This document shows positions 28,296 through 39,562 of a stretch of 64,000 nucleotides of DNA, one piece after another. The notes under the pieces were generated by a model. That model saw only the letters and a list, made by a program, of their open reading frames with translations, was not told where the DNA came from and did not search any database. The stretch lies in assembly GCF_001194135.2 (NCBI RefSeq), contig NC_068981.1, forward strand, positions 127,666,439-127,730,438, written 5' to 3'. The translations under genes were made by a program, and so were the position numbers. The number at the start of each line of letters is the position of its first letter. The stretch's first letter is position 1. Source of the stretch: Octopus bimaculoides (lineage: Eukaryota).

Positions 28296-28491
28296 CATAC
28301 AAAATTAAGAGGAATGACCACTAAAAGTGGACTCCTATATGCTAGAAATAGATGCCAAATCACCTAACCACAAAGAGTTGAAATTTTTTATTTTTTTCTT
28401 GAGAACATACTCTTCGTGGTTAGGTGATTTGGCATCTATTTCTAGCATATAGGAGTCCACTTTTGGTGGTCATTCCTCTTAATTTGGTATG
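28296..28491. repeat. Long inverted repeat: 83-bp arms, 30-nt spacer
   Basis: 28296-28378 is the reverse complement of 28409-28491 with 3 mismatches. Confidence 0.95.
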
Positions 28492-28538
<47 letters not shown>

Positions 28539-30804
28539 ATCTCTGAGACTATATTATCTACTTTGTCATTCCATTTTTAAGTCAGGAGGAGGTAATTTGA
28601 AGGAGGTTTGACTGCTCTTCTAACATATTGAGTAAATATAAAAACTAGTTTATTGGCTCTGTTTGCTTGTAAAGTCTGGTGATGGACACAGAAAAGATGA
28701 GCAAAGTGGAGTATGACAGTTTCAGTTTCTCTGCACATCTCATCGGTGGTATGCATCCTAGTCCAAGGTTTGGTTGGGCTAATGAGGTTATTGATGCTGC
28801 AGCTATTTTTGTGTGCCTATGTTTTATGTTCATCTGGACCGAACAGGAGGGACAAGTGTTTATAGGATGGTGCTGTAGATGTGTCTGTCTGCTTAGAGAT
28901 GTGGTAGGTACTTTGAAAGTTGGTAATTGCTGCAGCAGCAAAATGCGCTCATTATGTAGCTTTTTATGTTTTTTGTATGCATGTCTGATTGTGTAGATAG
29001 CATATGGATTGTGTAGATGGTATATGAAACTTATAGTGATGCAAAGTGTGATGTTTTGAGTTCTTAATAATTTGCTGTGTTTTGTTATGGGGATGTTACA
29101 AGTCTAGTCAAGACTATTATTTCTAATGGGTCTAATGTATTGTTTGAAAACTAACATAGTTGACTCTTTTTGTTGGTAAACTATGTTTGTGCATCATTTT
29201 TCTTTCTTTACTATGTCTTCTAAATGTGCTGTGAATGTAATTCTTAGAATTTTTATTTGTTAGTATGGTGTTTATGTTGTGTTTAATAATTGGTTGTATT
29301 TGATGTTGCTGTAAGAAGGAAGATGGTGGATTTAGTTGATCTACTTTAAGTCTTTCTCTTTTTTAGTCTGGTTTCTACATTTGGAGTAGTTGGGGAGCTT
29401 TGTTTGGAGAATGACGGCAAGATGTAACTTTGATGCCATCTACATATGAGGCTATGTGTATGCTTTCTGAATTTTTGTGGGAACATTATGTAGATGTACA
29501 TTAAAATGTGTGGGTGAGAGGAAGGATCCTTGTGATACACCTATTGGGAAATTAGAAATTTCGGAAGTTAAAAATAAAAATCAATGAATGGGTAGATGCT
29601 GATAAATTTTCAGCTTAAAATTACTGCATGTATTTTCTTATGTATTTGGTCAGTGCAGTCAATTCTGTATTTCTCAGTGAGGTTTTCAGATTTTATAGGA
29701 ATGTTACTTGTTATACAGATTAGAGGTCTAAAGAAGGTGGGATTTGTTTTCTATCCACTTAATACATAATAAACTGAGCTAAGCACTGGTTCATAGCTTT
29801 CATAGAAGTATTTACATTTGTGTGAAGCCTTAAGGTTTAATGACTGATTGGCTAATCCAAAAGAGACAATGTCAGAACACTGCATACTTGTGTTACTTCT
29901 TTTGGAAAATATCTTCCTATCATTTCACAAATGAATGATTAACAAACATCAGTAATATAATCTAATTAACGGATATTTTACCAACAATCTGTATGGAGAG
30001 GGCTGCTTATTAATTATTTGGAGTTATGTAACTTATACTAACAGGAAAGACTTATTAAAATCTCTATTCTCTATAAAATTCTTAAAAATCAAAATGTGGT
30101 TTTCAGGTTTTTTTTTTAACTAAACAATTTTAATTTGTTATGAGTTTTACTCTGTGAGATAGCTTTTTTTAGCATCTTACTGCCTTCCTCTTCCCATCTC
30201 TTCTTTGTTTCTGTTTTTTTAACAGCTAATTCTTTTGCTGAAGCTTTCACTGTTCACGTTATTGTAGTTCATATGATGAATGGGAACAGATAAATATCAT
30301 TTCTCATCTCTGTATGTCTGTAATTGTGTGTTTCATCTCTGTATGTCTGTAATTGTGTGTCTATATAAGTTATTAATGCTAAAATGTATAAATATATATC
30401 TTGATGGAAAAGAAATAAATTATACAATCACTTGTGTTAGAACCAACAGTAAGTTTTTCAATATGATTTTTTCCAGTATATCTAACATTTTTATGATGCC
30501 TTTAAAAAACACTTTGAACAACAGAGATTCCGAATCTGCAATCTTTTTAAAAATAAAGTCATTTTTTTTTCTCTAAATAACAAACTGATTTGGTTTACAT
30601 GATTTGCAAACATAATATATTTTTTCCAGTAATGGCGCTATATATTTTACAAAACAAAATATATTTAAACACATATTCTTTAAATGCTAGTTAAATTTAT
30701 TTATATGCAAAGCAAATTATATTCCTACACAATTATNNNNNNNNNNNNNNNNNNNNNNNNNNNNNNNNNNNNNNNNNNNNNNNNNNNNNNNNNNNNNNNN
30801 TACT

Positions 30805-30866
<62 letters not shown>

Positions 30867-31148
30867 TATTTGCTACCAAGGTGATAAACATTTGGGGAAA
30901 GATTTGAGATAATTTGAAATCATAAGGATAGGATGAAATTTACTTCAAGTTACCTGGAGGTCTGCTGAGTGGGGTTGGGGTAATCTGAAACCACCAGCAT
31001 AATTTGGAAAAAGCAAAATATCAGAGGTAAATTTAGTTGTATGGCTATTTGGTATACTATAAGCCTGAAAATATACTCATGTGATCCCTGCTATTTCTAG
31101 CATAATAAGCGACCATGTAAGAGTTGGACTACCATTGAATTTGTTTAA

Positions 31149-31314
31149 AAGAGAGAGATTAAGACTGCAATAAAATAATGAAAGAAATATTTACTGAGTG
31201 AGTTAACAACTATTTAGAATGAAATCATATTAAGAGAGAGATTAAGACTGCAATAAAATAATGAAAGAAATATTTACTGAGTGAGTTAACAACTGTTTAG
31301 AATGAAATCATATT
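31149..31314. repeat. 83-bp tandem duplication
   Basis: Two adjacent units that differ at one position (aactattt vs aactgttt). Confidence 0.9.
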
Positions 31315-31484
31315 AGAAGTTTCCTTTCGACTGGCCATATTTAACATTAGGGGTATCTTTGTGAGATTGTCGGAGATGATTAGTCTAACTGGTGTTATTG
31401 GTAGGAGGGGAGTGTGAGAAATGTTCCTAATGAATGCTGTTGTATAGTAAATAAACATTTTTATGTATTTTCTACTTTCTTTAG

Positions 31485-31633
31485 CTGAAAAATATATCTC
31501 CTACATTTTTAATACCTCTTCCACCAAAACGATGGTTTGGAGACAACTTTGATCGTCACTTCCTTGAAGACAGACAACGGGGTTTACAGGATTTCATCAA
31601 CAAAATTCTTAAGAATAAAATCCTTTGTGAATG
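31485..31633 (+). CDS. SNX16: SNX16 coding exon, PX domain (LKNISPTFLIPLPPKRWFGDNFDRHFLEDRQRGLQDFINKILKNKILCE)
   Basis: ctttag acceptor and gtaag donor; 149 nt, phase 0/2; LPPKRWF and FLEDRQxGLQ motifs of SNX16. Too short for the ORF track; translated by hand. Confidence 0.95.
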
Positions 31634-31885
31634 GTAAGTGAAATATCCAACTTTCCAATGTGATAATTGGGTTATATATTCGAAGGCATGTTGAATCATT
31701 TACACCAATTTGTTTACTAATTAAACCAAAATAAGAACTAGGGATCTGACCACAAATTAATTATATAGATAAGTGTTCAATGTTAAACAAAAATAAGTTC
31801 CTTGTCCTTGTTGTTAATTTATATGTATTTCTACCCATCATTATTTCAGTCTGTTTATTTTTCTAGCTCTAAATTTATATATTTA

Positions 31886-32520
31886 CTAGCAGAGGCACCC
31901 GGCGTTGCTTGGGAATGAAATTGTTGCTTATATACTTGGAGAAAAAAAGGCAAAATATGCTGTATAGAAATTTGAGGACATTCTGTAGATGGACTCTCAG
32001 ATGAATGATGTCTGGGCGCCTCTCATGAATGGGGAAAATTGTGAAGATGTGCCAAAAAGCCTCATTGGTACTTGGAAACTTTTACGAAAATTAAAATGGA
32101 GATTAAATGAAAGAAATGATTTACGTGAATATTCTCACAAGAGTAATTGAAATAAATGGCGATTGTGGAACCCCCCACGCACGCACGCACGCGCGCATAC
32201 ACACATGTGTCTTTGTAAATATGTTTGTATACATTTATGTATGTGTNNNNNNNNNNNNNNNNNNNNNNNNNNNNNNNNNNNNNNNNNNNNNNNNNNNNNN
32301 NNNNNNNNNNNNNNNNNNNNNNNGAGGAACCTTTTTAAAGAAGTGAATCTTAAATATAAAGCAATATTATTTATTTTTAATTAAAAAAATCAAATGAAAA
32401 GCCTAAGATTTATCCGAGGTCAAATTATTCATGCATGACAAGTATGGAAGCATTTGGTGAAGTCGATTTCACGTGAAAAGCGATTACACACACATCTCTG
32501 TTTTATATATAGTATATAGA
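31886..32520 (-). mobile_element. Non-autonomous Helitron
   Basis: Minus strand starts A|TCTATATAC (32520) and ends CTAG|T (31886); subterminal hairpin cccggcgttgcttggg at 31898-31913; inserted between A and T with no TSD. Confidence 0.8.
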
Positions 32521-32657
32521 TATATCTGTGTCTATCTATCCACCCATTTATCTGTGCCTGTCTGTCTGTACATCCATCTATCTATCTGTCTCTGGGTATG
32601 CATAAACACACACACTCACATTTATTCATTTTATATCTGATTTTCCATGCCTGCATG

Positions 32658-32725
32658 GATTTCAACAGAGGTTTATTTGATTTCAACAGAGGTTTATTTG
32701 ATTTCAACAGAGGTTTATTTGATTT
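32658..32725. repeat. 21-bp minisatellite (gatttcaacagaggtttattt) x3 plus a partial unit
   Basis: Units start at 32658, 32679 and 32700. Confidence 0.9.
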
Positions 32726-32879
32726 TACAACCAGATGCTCTTCCTGTTGCCAACACTTACCTGTTTTTCAAGTAAGGAAAATCTTTGTTTCAAAGGTCTT
32801 TGAAACTGCAGACTGATTAAACCATAATATCTGCTGGCTTTGCACATTTGAAGACATGTGGAATAAGTTATCCTAAAAC

Positions 32880-32925
<46 letters not shown>

Positions 32926-33102
32926 AAGAGAGAATTGGTAAGGGATAGTGACAGGGAATTCAACTGTAAAACAATGTTTCTATTATATATTTTCTAGCAG
33001 CTGCCAGCTTGGAAAAAATGGACATTAAAACGAATGAAGAATGAAAAATCTTTATTGTTATTCCGAGAAATATTGTTGACATTCTTTCTCTATTGTTTAC
33101 AG

Positions 33103-33172
33103 TGCACCTGTCAGAGAATTCTTTTGTTTTGACGACCCTCCTGGGCCACATGACAGTCTTGAAGAAAGCCGG
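33103..33172 (+). CDS. SNX16: SNX16 coding exon ([24 protein letters not shown])
   Basis: tttacag acceptor and gtaag donor; 70 nt, phase 2/0, joins the previous exon in frame; DDPPGPxDSLEESR is characteristic of SNX16. Confidence 0.95.
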
Positions 33173-33979
33173 GTAAGTTAGAATTTAAATTGTCNNNNNN
33201 NNNNNNNNNNNNNNNNNNNNNNNNNNNNNNNNNNNNNNNNNNNNNNNNNNNNNNNNNNNNNNNNNNNNNNNNNNNNNNNNNNNNNNNNNNNNNNNNNNNN
33301 NNNNNNNNNNNNNNNNNNNNNNNNNNNNNNNNNNNNNNNNNNNNNNNNNNNNNNNNNNNNNNNNNNNNNNNNNNNNNNNNNNNNNNNNNNNNNNNNNNNN
33401 NNNNNNNNNNNNNNNNNNNNNNNNNNNNNNNNNNNNNNNNNNNNNNNNNNNNNNNNNNNNNNNNNNNNNNNNNNNNNNNNNNNNNNNNNNNNNNNNNNNN
33501 NNNNNNNNNNNNNNNNNNNNNNNNNNNNNNNNNNNNNNNNNNNNNNNNNNNNNNNNNNNNNNNNNNNNNNNNNNNNNNNNNNNNNNNNNNNNNNNNNNNN
33601 NNNNNNNNNNNNNNNNNNNNNNNNNNNNNNNNNNNNNNNNNNNNNNNNGTCGTATATATGTATATATATGTATATGTGTGTGTGTTTGTGTGTCTGTGTT
33701 TGTCCCCCCAACATCGCTTGACAACCGATGCTGGTGTGTTTACGTCCCCGTAACTTAGCGGTTCGGCAAAAGAGAACCGATAGAATAAGTACTAGGCTTA
33801 CAAAGAATAAGTCCTGGGGTCGATTTGCTCGACTAAAGGCGGTGCTCCAGCATGGCTGCAGTCAAATGACTGAAACAAGTAAAAGAGTAAAAGAGTATAT
33901 TATGTACTTAATTTTCTCTCACATTTTTTACTCTATATGTTTTACTCTGTATTTAACGATATACTGCCCAAGAATTTTG

Positions 33980-36340
33980 TGGGTAGAAATAATTTGAAGG
34001 AAGAGGAGAGGAGAAATGAGTGAGTTAAGAGGGCATTATTGGAAGTGGCACGAAACCAGTTAGCTGAAGCAAAGGTAGAAAAGATAGAGTGAGGAGACAG
34101 CACATCTGTTGGCCAGAAGTTGGAGTATGTTAGTGAGCAGTGGTTGATGCCTGTATTTGTATTAGTATTGTATTTGTATTGTCTGAAATGTGGGAACAGC
34201 ATATCACTGTAAGTCTCATTTGAGCTTTCTTGAGAAGTAGTATTGTCAGGGTATGAATTTCTCAGAAGAGAAAGATGCCCTTTGAGATACAATGTTGGGG
34301 ATGTACATTACCAGAAAAGATATCAGTGACGAGGTTAATAGCAATCTACTTTGAGAGATCTAGGTTCTGGATCTTTGGGGTTTGACGGGCAACATTTTTT
34401 TTGTAGTGTTTTTGGTACCGAAACACTTTCAAACTTCGAATATTTGTATATTTTGTGGTATAGAACAGATAAAAAATTTTGTATTTGAAGTTATTTTATG
34501 TAAAAAATTGTTGTATTTCGGTAATTTCAACCAATCACTGACGTCTATTGAGGTGAAAACAATTAATGCCGTAACGGTGTCATGGGATCTTTTTCCCTTG
34601 AATAAAATTAGTCCCGTTGTTTGTCAACAACAACTACCCGTGTTACTCTTATTTATGACATCGTTCGTGCGTTTGTACTGGTTTTAGCTTTAGGGTTAGG
34701 GTTCGGGTTTTAGAGTTAGGNNNNNNNNNNNNNNNNNNNNNNNNNNNNNNNNNNNNNNNNNNNNNNNNNNNNNNNNNNNNNNNNNNNNNNNNNNNNNNNN
34801 NNNNNNNNNNNNNNNNNNNNNNNNNNNNNNNNNNNNNNNNNNNNNNNNNNNNNNNNNNNNNNNNNNNNNNNNNNNNNNNNNNNNNNNNNNNNNNNNNNNN
34901 NNNNNNNNNNNNNNNNNNNNNNNNNNNNNNNNNNNNNNNNNNNNNNNNNNNNNNNNNNNNNNNNNNNNNNNNNNNAATAATGATATAATTAAACAGGGAA
35001 TAACACACTTGACACCGAACAGCAGTAACTGTATTCAGCTGAATAGACGTCAGTGATTGGTTGAAATTACAGAAATACGACAACTTTAACATGAAATAAC
35101 TTGCGATGTACAATTTTTTGTTAAGAAGGTTAAGAGAAGAAATTGTTTTATATGACACATTCTACCAGTGTCCCAAGTTTGAAAGTGTTTCGTTAAGAAA
35201 ACAAATGTTGCCCGTCAAACCCCAAAGATCCGAAAGATGCCCTTTGAGATACAATGTTGGGGATGTACATTACCAGAAAAGATATCAGTGACGAGGTTAA
35301 TAGCAATCTACTTTGAGAGATCTGGGTTCATATTGTTCATATTTATGGAGATAGTGGTGGTGGGTTACAATATAAAAGTTTTTTGATATTTGTAGCGATT
35401 GTGTCTTTGTGCTTTTGAAGAAAACAAGATTGATGCAACTCTGCTGGAGAATATTTTTGGGGTACCTCTCCATGGACATAGTGGAAATTTAAGCATGACA
35501 TTCCTAGGTGGCTTATGAATGATACTTAAGTGTGGAACATTAGAGATGAGTGAAGAGTAGTATTTGCTTGATTGTTGTTTGAAGTGATGGCAAGTGGATC
35601 ATTGATGAAAGGGAGGAAGGGTGTAGTGGGAAAAACTGAACTTTGTAGCACATCTTACTTGATAAAGGATGACTCAGAGAGACAGAGAGCCATCAGCATA
35701 TGTAGTTTTATTTTGAGATAATGTAATAGAAAGGACTGTTCTATGTTCTAAGACTGTTAAAATCAACTGTCTGAGTATGTGTTTCTAATCATCCAGAAGT
35801 GATAAAAGTGTACAAATGTAATGTTTGTCCAGCATTGCTTCATCCTAGTGAGAACTATGGAATATAACCCAATAATGAAATTCCATATAAAGAGTGTGGA
35901 GGATGGCTGTTTGAATATTATTTCTTTAGTTTTGGGTTGTAAATTGCTGGATCAAGGTTCTGGTTGATATGGTCTAAAACATGTTCAAGTTCAAAAATTA
36001 TGCTTTTGATGTGGACTTATGCTTTACTCTTTTGATAGTACCAATAGAAGTTTCAAGACTATGCTCACTAAGGTGCAGACCCAAACAGAATAGAGTTGAG
36101 CAAGCAAACAGTGTTGTCAGTAGCTCGGGTGTTGTCCAAGGGAAGGGAAAATGACAATACAGCTTGACACCAGTGTTGCTGTAGAAGTTAGAACCACAAT
36201 GTAAACAGTACCAGGTTACCTTGGCAGCTCCAACACAGGATTTGGTTTCAGAGTTTACTCTCTAAGCCTTTCTCAGTAATCATAACCCGTCTATGTCCAG
36301 TGGTAAGATAGGAAGAGAAAATCTTACACATAGTCTTCCT
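33980..36340 (-). mobile_element. Highly decayed CR1/L2/jockey-group LINE remnant, interrupted by the GGATC element
   Basis: Minus strand near 35540-35660 reads approximately DVLQSSVF-PT-FLPFINDPLAITSNN, a decayed GVPQGSVLSPTLFLxFINDLL RT motif. Boundaries are approximate. Confidence 0.5.
34369..35231. mobile_element. Second member of the GGATC-TIR family, arms inverted relative to the 5.1 kb copy
   Basis: Perfect 29-bp TIRs (34369-34397 and 35203-35231); same subterminal arms and ccaatcactgacgtc inner repeat; ttaggg-like run before the gap at 34721-34975. Confidence 0.88.
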
Positions 36341-36720
36341 AAAATGCTACAGTCTTTATTATGTTTACATAAGGCTGTGAGCTGGCTGAATCATTAGCAC
36401 ATCAGACAAAATGCTTAGCAGAATCTCCTCTAACCCTCCATATTCAGAGTTCAAATTCTGTTGAGGTTGACTTTGCCTTTCATCCTTTTGGCTATCAATA
36501 AAATAAGTACCACTTGTGATCAACTAGCCCCCTCCCTCAAAATTTTAGACCTTGTGCTTATAGTAGAAAGGATTATTATGTTTACATAACTGAGTATTTT
36601 TAAAATGGCTAAAAGATAGTGGTGCCATGAAAGCCAGTCAAAATATACATTTGTCTTGGGTAGATTTATAAAAGTAGTAATTATATGGGAATGAATAAGT
36701 TTATATGTCAAAAAGTTAAT

Positions 36721-37112
36721 AGGCGCAGGAGTGGCTGTGTGGTAAGTAGCTTGCTTACCAACGACATGGTTCCGGGTTCAGTCCCACTGCGTGGCACCTT
36801 GGGCAAGTGTCTTCTACTATAGCCTCGGGCCGACCAAAGCCTTGTGAGTGGATTTGGTAGACGGAAACTGAAAGAAGCCCATCGTATATATGTATATCTA
36901 TATATATGTGTGTGTTTGTCCCCCCACCATCGCTTGACAACCGATGCTGGTGTGTTTACGTCCCCGTAACTTAGTGGTTCAGCAAAAAGAGGACGATAGA
37001 ATAAGTACTAGGCTTACAAAGAATAAGTCCTGGGGTCGATTTTCTCGACTAAAGGCGGTGCTCCAGCATGGCCACAGTCAAATGATTGAAACAAGTAAAA
37101 GAGTAAAAGAGT
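36721..37112 (+). mobile_element. tRNA-derived SINE family A, representative full copy
   Basis: A-box-like tggctgtgtggta and B-box-like ggttcagtccc; internal (TA/TG) microsatellite; tail gaaacaagtaaaagagt. Other copies at about 650-1065(+), 7727-8135(+), 10692-11097(-), 33650-33898(+), 39360-39780(+) and 56870-57160(-); fragments at about 1140-1215, 3630-3810, 4030-4130 and 40290-40365. Confidence 0.9.
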
Positions 37113-38064
37113 TAATAGTTTCTCACTTAGACATGTAGCTTGAGGTAAGCAAAGTAGATCAGGAAGCTAAACAACAAATTCATTGCCTCTATCAGAGCAA
37201 GTGTCGATTTCATTTTCCTGTCACTCACGTTATGACAGCATTAGGTTTTGGCATTGTGTCTTGTAATTGAATTTGTGCACCTGGGAAGCTTGGTGATAGA
37301 GGTTCTAGTTAGGCTGGGAAGGGGAAAGATGTCAGAAAGGTAACATGCTTTTGTATATGTGAATAGGAGCTATTTAGAACATTTAGACTGAAGTCTGAAG
37401 TAATCCTTGTGTAGTTTGATTAGCTGTATGTAATTTAGCATGCTATCTAATTGATCTTTTCAGCCAAATTCTTTTGGTATGGTGTCCTCAGTCAATGAGG
37501 GGTTTGATGGGTTATCCTATTCACTTGTCTATCAATGACCTCCTTCCTTTGTAGTTGTTTCTCTCCGTCGTTTTTGTTGCTTATTTTGTTTCCTATTTGT
37601 TTGTTTTTTATACCTGTTTCTCTCTCTCACATCTTTATATATGTATATGTTTTTGTATACATCTATTATTATAGTTTGTAATTTATATCGCTTGCTTTGA
37701 ATCTATTATATAATCAATATAACTTTTATCAACATAATTGGTAGAACATTAGTCAATACATGTTTTAATATGCAGTGAGTTTCTTAATGTGTCTAGGGAG
37801 GGTCATTCTTCCAATAAAAATTCAAATAAACACATGCACTGGTTCAGTACCACTTCTTTATTTTACCAACTAACTATCCAATGCTTTGTTTAATGTGTTG
37901 ATTGAGTAATCAATTGGTTGTTAGTTTTCTGTCGGATTCCTTTTGTTGCTATTCACAACCTCATCAGTTACATCCCCTTACGCTTCAAGATCTGCTTTGA
38001 GTCTGAGAACTAGTCTTACATCTACATGTGTGTGTGTGCATACATACGTACATATGCGTGAGTG

Positions 38065-38650
38065 GAGGCGCAATGGCCCAGTGGTTAGGGCAGTGGACTC
38101 GCGGTCATAAGATCACGGTTTCGATTCCCAGACCGGGCGTTGTGAGTGTTTATTGAGTGAAAACACCAAAAAACTCCACGAGGCTCCGGCAGGGGATGGT
38201 GGCGAACCCTGCTGTACTCTTTCACCACAACTTTCTCTCACTCTTTCTTCCTGTTTCTGTTGTGCCTGTAATTCAAAGGGTCAGCCTTGTCACACTGTCA
38301 CGCTGAATATCCCTGAGAACTATGTTAAGGGTACACGTGTCTGTGGAGNNNNNNNNNNTGAAAACACCAAAAAACTCCACGAGGCTCCGGCAGGGGATGG
38401 TGGCGAACCCTGCTGTACTCTTTCACCACAACTTTCTCTCACTCTTTCTTCCTGTTTCTGTTGTGCCTGTAATTCAAAGGGTCAGCCTTGTCACACTGTC
38501 ACGCTGAATATCCCTGAGAACTATGTTAAGGGTACACGTGTCTGTGGAGTGCTCAGCCACTTGCATGTTAATTTCACGAGCAGGCTGTTCTGTTGATCGG
38601 ATCAACTGGAACCCTCGACGTCATAAGCGATGGAGTGCTAACAACAACAT
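38065..38650 (+). mobile_element. tRNA-derived SINE family C (its internal duplication is probably an assembly artefact)
   Basis: tggcccagtggtt A-box, ggtttcgattccc B-box and (AAC)n tail; its 3' part recurs inverted at about 9005-9095. Confidence 0.8.
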
Positions 38651-38745
38651 ATGCGTGTATATAGATGTATGAGTGTTTATGTGTGTGCATTCTATTGTGT
38701 TTATGTACATTCATTCAGACATATCTGTTTTATCTTTCATTAAAG

Positions 38746-38882
38746 GCCTTATGCGAGTCTCTTGAAGAGCAAACGTACAACCTCAAAAAGGAACTAAAAG
38801 ATAAGGAGCACGAGATTGATTTACTAAAAGCTGAGTTGAATTTGTGTAAATCACAAATTGAAGATTTAAAGAAATTTGATAA
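38746..38882 (+). CDS. SNX16: SNX16 coiled-coil exon (ALCESLEEQTYNLKKELKDKEHEIDLLKAELNLCKSQIEDLKKFD-K)
   Basis: tttcattaaag acceptor and gtaagt donor; 137 nt, phase 0/2; resembles the SNX16 post-PX coiled coil (AFCETLEETNYRLQKEL, recalled). Confidence 0.92.
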
Positions 38883-38973
38883 GTAAGTACTGGCCTTGTG
38901 TTTTTGTGTTCAGCAATTATCTTGATAAAAAGATAATTAGTGATAAATTGTTTGTGCATTATTTTTGGTTTAG

Positions 38974-39115
38974 GCTACATATAAATAGTAAATCTTGTGA
39001 CTTGGAGTTAACTCCCCCCAGTCGACCCAATAGTGGCAGTAACGATTTTCTGAATGAATGTCCAGAAGTTGACCAGAATAGTTTTGAGGAACCAGTTGAA
39101 TCAAACACCCAATGA
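38974..39115 (+). CDS. SNX16: SNX16 last coding exon, acidic tail (LHINSKSCDLELTPPSRPNSGSNDFLNECPEVDQNSFEEPVESNTQ*)
   Basis: tttttggtttag acceptor after a 91-nt intron; phase 2 matches the previous exon; open to TGA at 39113-39115; gtaagt donor at 39118. Confidence 0.8.
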
Positions 39116-39517
39116 CTGTAAGTATTAATTTTATCATCCATTTAGTTGTATTCTACAAGTTTAATACCTGAAGTTTAAAACTGATGAATTGATCAAATCA
39201 GTACTGCAATAAAACCAACTCCCTTATCTAACATGGTTAATCTACAACCAAAGGCTGTATGATATTAATTCTGCTGTTATGCTACTACAGGTTAGTGTTA
39301 CTACAGTATAGGTTATTATGTCACTGCTAGATATGTAATTTGCCCGTCCACAGATATGCACAGGTGTGGCAGTGTGGTAAGAAGCTTGCTTCCCAACCAC
39401 ATGGTTCTGGGTTCAGTCATACTGCATGGCACCTTGGGGAAGTGCCTTCTTCTATAGCCTTGGGCTAACCAAAGCCTTGTGAGTGGATTTGGTAGATGGA
39501 AACTTAAAGAAGCCGAT

Positions 39518-39562
<45 letters not shown>

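Noticed and set aside
28640-29560. Strand-biased GT-rich stretch, possibly an old Penelope/LINE remnant (similar stretches at about 6640-7240 and 37200-37560)
   Set aside because: No RT, endonuclease or terminal motif could be read with confidence, so it is not listed as a feature.
38065-38140. tRNA gene (also other A/B-box heads)
   Set aside because: No complete cloverleaf, and it continues directly into a SINE body and tail.
38158-38549. 191-bp exact tandem duplication inside SINE C
   Set aside because: The identical copies abut a 10-N placeholder gap, the classic sign of unmerged overlapping contig ends.
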